NCBI GenBank assembly: GCA_964603945.1
Contig: CAZRWP010000004.1
Coordinates: 12,979 to 76,978 of the forward strand
DNA length: 64,000 nucleotides
From: an uncultured Pseudomonadales bacterium
GTDB lineage: Bacteria > Patescibacteriota > Microgenomatia > UBA1400 > UBA1396
Direction of reading: 5' to 3'
The position numbers and the translations under genes were made by a program. The notes beneath the pieces were generated by a model. That model made no database searches. It saw only the letters and a program-made list of their open reading frames with translations, and had not been told where the DNA came from. This document shows, in pieces, positions 26,475 to 35,556 of the stretch. The stretch's first letter is position 1. The number at the start of each line of letters is the position of its first letter.

Positions 26475-28179
26475 ATGCGAACAAATCAAGCTAATAAGGA
26501 ATTGTAATATATTTTGTATCTGAGAAAAAGTTCGGAATCAGAAGATCGCCAAGCCGCTTCAATTCCCGCTCAAAGATCGGAATTACAAGAATTAATTAAT
26601 AAAGAAAAATTGCATGTTGTGGCTGAATTTGAAGAGTCTCAATCTGCTCATAAAGTTGGCAGGCCTCACTTTAATCAAATGATCAATCTGATTGAATCCG
26701 GTAAAGCGAACGCTATTCTGGTCTGGCACTTAAATAGAATTGCCAGAAATGCAAAAGATGGCGGAGAAATAATTTATTTATTGGATGAACACAAATTATT
26801 AGAAATCAGAACGAAAACAAACAGACACGATGGATCAGGTGATGACAAGTTCATGCTTCAAATCGAGTTTGCCATGAGCAAAAAATATTCTGACGATTTG
26901 GGTTTAATTGTTAAGCGCGGAAACAAAGCCAAGTTTCTGGAAAGACGGCAGTGGATTGGTCTGGCTAAACCCGGATATTTAAATGTTAAAGATCCAATTA
27001 CAAATGAGAATACTATTGCGGTTGATCCAGACCGTTTTGGCCTACTACAGCAGGCCATGCAGTTGATCATTAGCGGTGAAGTATCTGTCAGTGAGGCGTA
27101 TCATAAGTTAGTGGATGACTGGGGCTATCGGACGAAACAGAGAAGAAAAACAGGCAATTCAAAACTTTATAAATCTGCTTTTTATCGAATCATTTCTGAC
27201 CCGTTCTATTATGGATTAATGGTTCGAAAAGAAGGACAAGTCATGGGTACACATGAGCCAATGCTCGAAAAGAAAGATTTTATTGCCTTACAGATGCGTA
27301 TTGGCAAGTGGAATAAAAATCAGTCTGAAATAAATTTGCCATATCGAGGTCTAATCAAATGCGGCGAATGTGGCGGGTCAATTTGTGCGCAGGAAAAGTG
27401 GCAGATTATTTGTTCTGGATGCAAGCACAAGTTTCATCGTGGCAAACGGGAACAATGTCCAAACTGTAAATTAAAAATTATGGACATGGTTAAGCCAAAA
27501 GTCTTACATTATGTTTATTATGGTTGTACTCGAAAAAAAGATCCCGACTGTTCTGAGCGCAAATTTGTAGAAATAAAAGATTTAGACCAACAAATTGAAA
27601 ATAAGCTTCTAGAGTACGCAATTCCCGAAGAATTCAAAATCTGGGCAATCAATTATCTTAATGAAGTCCATGACGATGAAGAAACCAGACAACAAATCAT
27701 CACTGAGAACATTTTGAAGCGTCTCAATGCGGTAAAAAGCCAGTTAAACCAGCTCATTAAGATAAAAATATCGGCTGAGAATGAAGATGGCGCACTGATT
27801 AGTGAAGAAGAATACTTAGAACAAAGAAAAGTCCTTCTGGAACAACGAGAAAGTCTCGAAGAACAAATTAAAGAGTCGGACAAAGTTCAAGATCAGTATA
27901 TGGAATTAACGGAAAAAACCTTTAATTTTGCTTGTTATGCCAGATACTGGTTCGAGCAGGGCGATAACGATACGAAAACACTAATATTGAAATCTTTGGG
28001 GTATAACCTGACATTAAAAGATAAAAATTGAGTTTCCTATTCCAAAACCGTTCTTTTTGGTACGGAGTGCATATGATGAGTTTTCTGCTCAAATGCCCGT
28101 GGAAGAACCTGAAAAAAGAATTGTAGAGTCAATAAAAACCGTTGATTTGAAAACTGTAAATTCTATAATGTCGGGATGA
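26475..28179 (+). pseudogene. Large serine recombinase with in-frame TAA at codon 11 and a frameshift near 28025 (open core 26514-28031)
   Basis: YLRKSSE catalytic motif, RIARN, KPGY, Zn ribbon CGECG...YYGC, coiled coil; SD AGGAG + ATG 26475, TAA 26505-07; shifted tail KIEFPIPKPF...NSIMSG* ends inside tRNA-Pro. Confidence 0.8.
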
Positions 28180-28245
28180 CTGGACTCGAACCAGCGACCT
28201 CACGCACCCCATGCGTGCGCTCTAGCCAATCTGAGCTACATCCCG
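28171..28245 (-). tRNA. tRNA-Pro (GGG)
   Basis: CGGGATGTAGCTCAG...CACGC-ATGGGGT-GCGTG...GGTTCGAGTCC...CATCCCGA cloverleaf; no encoded CCA. Confidence 0.95.
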
Positions 28246-28396
28246 GAGCAATACTAATTATAACCTGTTAAGGACATATCTCATGTCACAACTTTAAAAT
28301 ATTATTTACTGATTCGCTTTTGATAAATTTTGAAATGTTTCTTACAACTCAGTAGTTAGTATTTCAGGCCACCTATTGTGCCTCAGCTTACACCAG

Positions 28397-28669
28397 TTAT
28401 CTATTTAATTTTTTTTCCCAATTCTTAGGGCTCAATTCTATTATCTTAACTCCGTCCCAGACAAGATTAAGTTTCCCAGCTGGTCTATTTACATATCCGA
28501 TCGTTGTTCCAACTTCAACTTCAGTCAACTCAAAAAAATTATGATATATTTTATAGTCGTGAGGATACTTTATGCCTCTAAACTCAATTCTTTTAGTTGC
28601 TTCGGCGCCACTTTCTTGAGGAAGAAAAGCATCTCGCCTTCGCTTAGCTGCATTACTTCCAATCTCCAT
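28397..28669 (-). CDS. Hypothetical protein
   Basis: Open frame with SD AGGAG before ATG 28669; AT-rich. Confidence 0.5.
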   Translation of the reverse strand: MEIGSNAAKRRRDAFLPQESGAEATKRIEFRGIKYPHDYKIYHNFFELTEVEVGTTIGYVNRPAGKLNLVWDGVKIIELSPKNWEKKLNR

Positions 28670-28732
28670 ATCTCTCCTAAATTGCTTCAATTATTTGTTA
28701 TTTGGCTCTTATTATAGGACACCAGGTTATTT

Positions 28733-29140
28733 CTACCTAATTTGACTGGCCTGAGATTCAAGAGGTGCTAGTGTTTGATCAGAATTCTCTGAACTCTCCT
28801 TCTTTAATTTTTCTTTGATAATTTCAAACAAATGCGGCAATGTTTCAGGCTTGCGTAAAGTTTCTTTGAGTTTGTAGGGGCGATCTGAAAAGGGATCAAC
28901 AACTTTATCTAGACACGATCTAATTACTTCAGCTATGGCAACATATATGAACACATCAGGATCACTTTCATCAGGATCGCGATCATAATAACTTTCAGTA
29001 GCCAATTCATATTGCTCCCAGGTTGGGATAAATGAGAATTTTTTTTCGTTAGCCAAAGCGATTATCTTGTTGGCAATATCTGTAATTAATGCTTCTTCTT
29101 TTTCACTCAATCCGTTGGGTCGTCTTTCTACTTCACTCAT
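28733..29140 (-). CDS. Hypothetical protein
   Basis: 135-aa ORF overlapping the end of the VanZ-like gene. Confidence 0.6.
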   Translation of the reverse strand: MSEVERRPNGLSEKEEALITDIANKIIALANEKKFSFIPTWEQYELATESYYDRDPDESDPDVFIYVAIAEVIRSCLDKVVDPFSDRPYKLKETLRKPETLPHLFEIIKEKLKKESSENSDQTLAPLESQASQIR

Positions 29141-29558
29141 ATCTACCCCCTGCTTTAACTTTTGCTTGCAGAATCAAGCATAACGCTGATCCCGACCCTA
29201 TCATATCAATTCCCACGTCAATTAGGGAAGATGTTCTTCCAGGCACAAATGACTGATGAAATTCATCTAACCAGGCTAAAATTAACACTAAACCCAAGAC
29301 GGACCAAAATACCGCTGACTTTTTTAACTGAGGCCAGTTAATTCGCCATGCCCGATAGATTAGGCCAGATAACAAACCATAAACGATTAGGTGAGCAGAT
29401 TTAAACCAAATTACACTGAGCCAGTCTTCTTGCGGCCCTGGTAATTTTGGCTGATCGGATAGCCAAAATATTAAACTGTAAAGTAAAATTACGGGCAAGA
29501 AGGATTTAAAAATTCTCCAGCCCGCTGATTCGGATATTCTATTTCCTACCAAATACAT
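29133..29558 (-). CDS. VanZ-like membrane protein
   Basis: IFWLS, KSAHLIVYGLL, DEFHQSFVPGRTSSLIDVGID. Confidence 0.9.
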   Translation of the reverse strand: MYLVGNRISESAGWRIFKSFLPVILLYSLIFWLSDQPKLPGPQEDWLSVIWFKSAHLIVYGLLSGLIYRAWRINWPQLKKSAVFWSVLGLVLILAWLDEFHQSFVPGRTSSLIDVGIDMIGSGSALCLILQAKVKAGGRYE

Positions 29559-30440
29559 CTCCGGTCATTGTACCAACGCCAAAGCCGAGGCACACTGACC
29601 AGTTCAAAGCAAAAACCAGACATCATTAACAAATATGATCCGCCCAGAGCTTGCCTTTGCCACTGTCTAAACAATGTTTGCTGAGTTTGAGCGTCTAAGC
29701 CTGGATATTCCGGTAGCTTAGCTGAGGAGCTAGTCACAAGTTGAGCTGAAAATGTAGCCATTGGCGATTGCAGTTTGGGCAATTGAAGTTGGCTTTGATA
29801 TGGAAATTTTGAGGCAGTTTTCTGAATTGATGAGTCAAGACCTGATGAATTTTTGCCCGGCTCATCTGACTGACTACCCTGAGATGGAGGCGTTGGTGTG
29901 GGTGAGCTACTTGGTTTGGGCGAAACCAGTGGACTACTCTTGGGCGTAGGAGTTGTTTGAGTCTGTGCTTGGTCTGCCTCAATTTCCCAATCACCATCCA
30001 GTAATCTAGTTGAAAAATCTTCCCAAGATATGGCTTGCCAAGTATCTTTTAAACGAGTCCAAATATGACCCTCAGTAATATTCTGATGTGGCTCACTAGA
30101 GTCAATTAAAGTGTCATCAAGTCTTAGCTCAACCCAATCTAAATCATTATTTAAGCTTATTTTTGAATCCGCTCGATGAATATAGCGTGCCTGGGTCAAT
30201 ACCAGAATCCCAACAAAAGGATTTGGTCGCACCAGCACCATCGGATACACACAATTGACCAGACACCGTAGCTGTAGACGTATTTTCCAGCAAAATCCAC
30301 TCAGTAGTCTCGTCTTCTATCGGATCTGGTAAAAGCGCCCTGATTATTAGCTCATCAGCGCTTACAACTGCTGGCTTAATCAGAATAATACTCAAAAATA
30401 TCTGCCAAATGACAAATTTCCAGTTGATCTGCTTGACCAT
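29546..30440 (-). pseudogene. Lamin-tail-domain surface protein split by a frameshift near 30185
   Basis: Frame 1: signal peptide, LLPDP...EWILLEN; frame 2 continues KISLNNDLDWVEL, P/S/T linker and C-terminal TM. Confidence 0.65.
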
Positions 30441-30560
30441 CAGCTCACTGCAACACAAAAAAATAACAATTTATGGTCACTTAGGTTAATAAATTAAATT
30501 CATTAATTATTAAAACTGCTGATCCTAAAAATATTAAAACAACTAATCCTAGTCAAAATC

Positions 30561-31796
30561 CTACTGAACATGCAAATAGAAAGAAACCACGCCATCGCCA
30601 TGATCAATGTAGCGGATATTGATGGTGCTAGAACTGCCACAAGCTTGAGAAGATGAATATAATTCGCCATCAGCTGGAGCACTGATAACAGATGAACCTG
30701 AAGTCAAATCTAGCCCGGTATGAATTCCGCCCGAATAGTTATATCTCCAGGAGTAAGGAGTCTTTCCATAATGCTGAGTCAGCCTGATTGGATCTTTAAT
30801 CGGCCAATCCCAGTCACCAGACCCTAAGGAAATATTTTCACCTTTATCTGCATCCAAAACACTGCGGGGCTTCAAGTAAGCGGTTGGATCAACCCATTTG
30901 TTATTTTTTCTGATTTCAAAATGTAAATGGGCGCCAGTGGAACAACCTGGGTAGCCAGAATTACCAATCAAAGCGATTGGCTCACCCTTTTTAACCGGAC
31001 CTACCTTTCTACCAGATATGATAGCTTGTTCAATTGCCCGATACTCAGCCAAGGCCTGATTCAACAGTTTTTGATATTCTCTTTCACTATTTTTAGTTTG
31101 ATCTAAAAGAACCTGTTTTTCTTGGCGCTGACCAGCTAAATCATTATGTTGAATCTGTAATCTATCGCGCAGAACCTGAACTTCTTGCTGTTTCTCTTCT
31201 TTAGTCTGTTTCTGCTCGTCATACACCTGGCGTTTATACTCAGTCGCCAACATGATATCTTCGGTGTGAGCCCGAGCCTGACTAATATACCGCTGTTCCC
31301 TAATCAACCCGGATAAACCGCTAGTGACAAATAATTTGGTTAGAGGGTCTTGTTTGGCCTGTTTGTATTGGTGCTGAATGCGCTCAACCAAAAGGCTGGA
31401 AAGTTCACCCAGTGACATCTCCAAGCCTTCTATTCGGCCAGATAAATCATCTATCTGCCGCTCTAAAATGGCAATTTCCCGCTCGGTTTTTTCGATTTCC
31501 TTTTCATTGAGCAAAATCCTGTTATTAAGAACGCTGATAGTACTAGCAAGTGTTCGCTGTTCCTGTTTATTTTCATTAATTTTTGATCGTAGCTCTTCAA
31601 TAGTTTTCTGAAGATCATCAATCTCATCTAGTTTGTCGTCAGTTTTGCTGTCCTCCTCTTTGTCCTTATCTGATTCATCAGCTTGCTCAACCGATGACGT
31701 ACTTTCCTCAGCTAAAACCGGATAAGCAGTCAAACAAAAAGCTCCCAAGGTAAATGAGGCAACCAGAACAGCCAGCCAAGTCAAAAATTTATTCAT
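30561..31796 (-). CDS. EnvC/CwlO-like coiled-coil protein with M23 peptidase domain
   Basis: Signal peptide, long coiled coil, STGAHLHFE and HTGLD motifs; directly downstream of ftsX. Confidence 0.85.
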   Translation of the reverse strand: MNKFLTWLAVLVASFTLGAFCLTAYPVLAEESTSSVEQADESDKDKEEDSKTDDKLDEIDDLQKTIEELRSKINENKQEQRTLASTISVLNNRILLNEKEIEKTEREIAILERQIDDLSGRIEGLEMSLGELSSLLVERIQHQYKQAKQDPLTKLFVTSGLSGLIREQRYISQARAHTEDIMLATEYKRQVYDEQKQTKEEKQQEVQVLRDRLQIQHNDLAGQRQEKQVLLDQTKNSEREYQKLLNQALAEYRAIEQAIISGRKVGPVKKGEPIALIGNSGYPGCSTGAHLHFEIRKNNKWVDPTAYLKPRSVLDADKGENISLGSGDWDWPIKDPIRLTQHYGKTPYSWRYNYSGGIHTGLDLTSGSSVISAPADGELYSSSQACGSSSTINIRYIDHGDGVVSFYLHVQ

Positions 31797-31805
31797 CGTT
31801 ATTAT

Positions 31806-32675
31806 TTAAACACGAAACAGGCGACGTGTACTAATCAGGCCAGCAAACAAGCCTAGTAACATGGCTAGAGTCACGCCTGCTCCTAACAGAGCCAGCATAT
31901 AAATCGGATCTACTGGTAATAGCTTAATTTCTCCTAAGAAGCCTTGAATTGTCGGAGTGCTATACATGAGTAGTACATATACCAAACCCCAGGAAAGACT
32001 AGCTCCAACCAAGCCATATAACATTCCTTCCACTAAAAATGGCCGCATAATGTACCACTTGGTTGCACCAACTAATCTCATCACTCTGGTCTCATATTTT
32101 TTACTGGCGATTCTCATACTAGTGATGAGAATGACTACTAAAAGCGAGGTGATAACAAATACGCTTAAGACAGCGATCCCCACTTGGCGAATGGTATCGG
32201 TCCAATAGCGCAAGCTGTCCACCACATCCTGCTGATATACAACTTCATCAATGCCCTGCATTGAGCGCATGGTTTCAGCCACTTTAGCCAGGTCATTAAT
32301 CGAGGCAGTTGAAACTTCTAGAGATGGCGGCAAAATATCAGCCGTAACCAGCTCCTGTAGAGTAGGATCATTAATTGTTTGTGAACGATATATTTCCAAG
32401 GCATCTTCCTGAGTTACTAAGTCTACACTCTCCACATACTCGATTTGTTGAAGCGCAGTCTGATGTGCCTGAAGTTGCTCCAGCGTTGTATCTTGATTGA
32501 AGAAGCCAGTAACCTGTGGTCGAGATTCAAAATACTGCAGAATTTTGGCCGATCCAAACAAAAGTAAAATTAAACTGTACCCAATAAAGAAGGTCAAAAA
32601 CAACACCAGTGAGGCTGATAAAGCCTGATATGGTGAGCGCCTAATACTTTTAACGGCTTGTTTAATCGCGCGCAT
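31806..32675 (-). CDS. ftsX: Cell division permease FtsX
   Basis: 4-TM pattern, MRLVGATKWYIMRPFLVEG; start moved to ATG 32675. Confidence 0.9.
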   Translation of the reverse strand: MRAIKQAVKSIRRSPYQALSASLVLFLTFFIGYSLILLLFGSAKILQYFESRPQVTGFFNQDTTLEQLQAHQTALQQIEYVESVDLVTQEDALEIYRSQTINDPTLQELVTADILPPSLEVSTASINDLAKVAETMRSMQGIDEVVYQQDVVDSLRYWTDTIRQVGIAVLSVFVITSLLVVILITSMRIASKKYETRVMRLVGATKWYIMRPFLVEGMLYGLVGASLSWGLVYVLLMYSTPTIQGFLGEIKLLPVDPIYMLALLGAGVTLAMLLGLFAGLISTRRLFRV

Positions 32676-33495
32676 TTTTCTCCTGTTTAGGTGATTCTGA
32701 TTCTTCTTTGTTTTCTGTGTCTGATTTGTCTTCTTTATCTGATTGGGATTTATCGGATTTGGCAGGTTTGGTCGATTTATTCTCTTTTTCCTTATCAATG
32801 TTCTCAGCTGACTTATCCTTTTCCTGACCCTTGTTTTGGCTATCTTTAACTAATATTCCCTGATGAAGTTCTATAAATCGCGCCGGAAAATCATGAATTA
32901 CGTCATGATCATGCGTGGCTACCAGCACCGTCGTGCCAAAATCTTGAATCTTTTTTAATAAGCTCATGATGCCATGAGCTGTCTCGGCGTCCAGATTGCC
33001 CGTTGGTTCGTCAGCAAATAATAATTCTGGAGCAGTGACTAATGACCTGGCGATGGCCGCCCGCTGTAATTCACCACCAGAAAGCTGAACGGGAAACAAT
33101 AAACCTTTATCTGATAGGCCAACTAAATCCAATACATCTGCTACGCGCTGGCGGATTTGTTTAAGAGGCGTACCCATTATTTCCAAGATCAAGGCGGCAT
33201 TTTCAAAAATCGTTCGATCCGGAATTAACTGATAATCTTGAAAAACTACGCCAATGCGGCGGCGGTGATAAGGAACGTTTTTACGAGGTAAATGGAGAAT
33301 GTTTTGCTCACCTAAAAATATTTCTCCTGCCGTAGGTTCGAACTCGCGGATTAGCAAACGCATTAAAGTTGTTTTGCCAGCTCCTGATTCACCGGTGATG
33401 TACAACAGCTCACCTGGCTCAACCTCAAAGGAAACATTTTCCAGTCCGATATAACCGTTAGGAAATACTTTGGTGACTTCTATAAAACGTACCAT
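32662..33495 (-). CDS. ftsE: Cell division ATP-binding protein FtsE
   Basis: [33 protein letters not shown]; charged C-terminal tail. Confidence 0.9.
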   Translation of the reverse strand: MVRFIEVTKVFPNGYIGLENVSFEVEPGELLYITGESGAGKTTLMRLLIREFEPTAGEIFLGEQNILHLPRKNVPYHRRRIGVVFQDYQLIPDRTIFENAALILEIMGTPLKQIRQRVADVLDLVGLSDKGLLFPVQLSGGELQRAAIARSLVTAPELLFADEPTGNLDAETAHGIMSLLKKIQDFGTTVLVATHDHDVIHDFPARFIELHQGILVKDSQNKGQEKDKSAENIDKEKENKSTKPAKSDKSQSDKEDKSDTENKEESESPKQEKNARD

Positions 33496-33522
33496 AGTTC
33501 GTTATGGGCAGCCGAACCTGAT

Positions 33523-34161
33523 CTACTCTCCTAGCTCGGTAAACCAGTCAGGTCTGGTTCCTTTAGTGTTTAAAACTTCCACTCGGCCAACATCCATTAA
33601 CCAGCCGGCCTTTTGACCTTTAAAGGTTTCTCCCCAGATACGGATCTCCATATCATTAAATTCATCTAAATCTACGACTGAGGAAGTCAAATACACATTT
33701 TGTGATTCACCACCTAGTCTTAGCAGAGTATGAGAACCTTCACCTTCCAAGCCGCCTTTGATCAGCACGCCTTCGGTTTGATCTGCAAAGGTCTCCGCGT
33801 CTGGTACCCCAAACACAGTACCTTTTTGAATTTGGTTTTCGGTTATTTCCTGAGTGGTTTCTACATTAACCGGCTGAGTATTGCCTGGGAAAATGTAGGC
33901 GCCGGTCAGGCCGGTGGCCAGGCCGGCCACCACTACACCGGCAAAAATACCAGCTAATTTTTTGGGGAATTTCTTAGTCATAGGTTTCTTATCTCCGTTA
34001 TCAGACTTATTTTGCTCATCCCAGCGATGGATGACCGGACGGTTGACCGCTGGTGGCGGCGACACATTAGGACGCGGATTAGCGGCCACCGGGCGCACAG
34101 GCGTAATGGCCGGATTATTTTTCACTGGTTCAGAAGCTGTAAAATCTGACTTAAAAGACAT
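33523..34161 (-). CDS. Hypothetical single-pass membrane protein
   Basis: Pro-rich N-terminus, one TM, compact C-domain (EGSHTL...YLTSSVVDL...GWLMDVGRVEV). Confidence 0.75.
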   Translation of the reverse strand: MSFKSDFTASEPVKNNPAITPVRPVAANPRPNVSPPPAVNRPVIHRWDEQNKSDNGDKKPMTKKFPKKLAGIFAGVVVAGLATGLTGAYIFPGNTQPVNVETTQEITENQIQKGTVFGVPDAETFADQTEGVLIKGGLEGEGSHTLLRLGGESQNVYLTSSVVDLDEFNDMEIRIWGETFKGQKAGWLMDVGRVEVLNTKGTRPDWFTELGE

Positions 34162-34202
34162 AGTTTGGCTTTCGTTTTCTCACTATAGCAGTTTCACCTG
34201 AG

Positions 34203-35300
34203 CTACAAAAGTGCTACTTCGGCAAAAATGAAGTCGTCAAGATCACCATCTAAAACTGCTTCCGTGTTGCCAGTCTCAACTTCGGTGCGCGTATCCTTGA
34301 CCAGATGATAGGGATGTAAAACATAATTGCGGATCTGGTTGCCCCAGCTGGCGTGCTTATTCACGCCTTTAACATCAGCAATCTCATTTAAGCGCTCCTG
34401 CTCACGCTGATCGGCAAGCTGAGATTTCAAAAGCTGCAAAGCAATCTTTTTATTTTGGACTTGCTGACGCTCCTGGCGGGATTCCACCACAATGCCAGTT
34501 GGTTTATGAACCAAGCGGACAGCCGAAGCCACCTTGTTTACATTTTGACCACCGTGGCCGCCGGCGCGCGTAAAGGCCCACTCCAGCTCATCTGGATTAA
34601 TCTCAATTGTTTCATCATCCTCGGGGAGCCAGGGCAGAACCTCTACCTTGGCAAATGAAGTCTGTCTAAGTGCATCGGCGTTAAAAGGGCTCTGGCGCAC
34701 CAGGCGGTGCGCGCCGGCTTCTCCCTTTAAATACCCATAAGCATATGGCGCTTTAACTAAATAATTGACCGATTTAATGCCTGCTTCTTCACCGCGACTT
34801 TCATCTAGCAACTCATATTTCCAATCATGACGCTCAAAATAGCGCTCATACATACGCATAAGTATGCTTGCCCAATCCATCGCTTCCGTGCCGCCTTGGC
34901 CGGCGTGAATTGATAAAAGTGCGTCTTTGTCGTCATATGGACCGGATAAATAAGTTTGCAATTCAACTTGCCGAGCTAATTTCTCCATTTGCTTGAGCTC
35001 CTGCTGAAGCTCGGTTTCTAGCGCTTTATCTTCACCCATGGCCAGTAATTCAAAATTGGCTTCAATGTTCTGAATATAGGTCCGAAGTTGGTCTAAACGG
35101 CTTAGTTCTGATTCAAGTTGTGAGATTAATTGTGTAACACTCCGCGCTTTTTCTTGGTTTTCCCAAAAATCAGGCGCTAGTGTTTGCGACCGCAACTCTG
35201 TAAGTTTTTGCTGTTTGGCTGACTCATCAATTGTCGTCAGTAAATCGGCAACTTTTTGACTGGTGACCTGCCATTGATCTTGAACGGCTTTTGTAATCAT
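34203..35300 (-). CDS. prfB: Peptide chain release factor 2 (continuous ORF)
   Basis: HRLVRQSPF (SPF), GGQNVNK, WGNQIRNYVLHPY. Confidence 0.95.
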   Translation of the reverse strand: MITKAVQDQWQVTSQKVADLLTTIDESAKQQKLTELRSQTLAPDFWENQEKARSVTQLISQLESELSRLDQLRTYIQNIEANFELLAMGEDKALETELQQELKQMEKLARQVELQTYLSGPYDDKDALLSIHAGQGGTEAMDWASILMRMYERYFERHDWKYELLDESRGEEAGIKSVNYLVKAPYAYGYLKGEAGAHRLVRQSPFNADALRQTSFAKVEVLPWLPEDDETIEINPDELEWAFTRAGGHGGQNVNKVASAVRLVHKPTGIVVESRQERQQVQNKKIALQLLKSQLADQREQERLNEIADVKGVNKHASWGNQIRNYVLHPYHLVKDTRTEVETGNTEAVLDGDLDDFIFAEVALL

Positions 35301-35326
35301 CTCGAGTGACAGTATAACAGGAATTG

Positions 35327-35422
35327 AAGAGAAGGATCATCCTTGCCCCTCCTCTTGTCTGGAAGGATCATCCTAAGATGATCCTTCTTGAGGAAACTAA
35401 AGGCAAGGATGATCCTTCTCTT
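35327..35422. repeat. Nested palindromic REP-like element, copy 3
   Basis: AAGAGAAGGATCATCCTTGCC/GGCAAGGATGATCCTTCTCTT arms; a few substitutions relative to copies 1-2. Confidence 0.9.
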
Positions 35423-35556
35423 TCTATGTTAGATATTAGCTTTCTTAGCTAGTTTTGGCAAAATCTCAACTTCATTCAAAATGTCCAATGAGCTTTTGTC
35501 CTCAACTGGTCAAAAGTTATAAATTGACTGATCTCAATCAAGCAAGCTATCTTCAA

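Larger units (their letters stand above)
17770..28174. mobile_element. Serine-recombinase integrative element in tRNA-Pro(GGG) with defence-like cargo
   Basis: Shared GTCGG core at 17770-17774 and 28170-28174; joining the outer flanks rebuilds tRNA-Pro ending CCGACCA plus terminator; AT-rich; recombinase, RM enzyme and SSB-like gene inside. Confidence 0.8.

Noticed and set aside
26505-26507. Stop-codon recoding (alternative genetic code) explaining the in-frame stop
   Set aside because: The stop is TAA, and TAA, TAG and TGA all end well-conserved genes in this window; RF2 is present.
17770-28174. Prophage or conjugative ICE call for the island
   Set aside because: No recognisable structural, terminase, relaxase or T4SS genes.
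34203-35300. Programmed +1 frameshift in prfB
   Set aside because: The ORF is continuous for 365 aa with no internal stop; frameshift-free prfB is known in several lineages.
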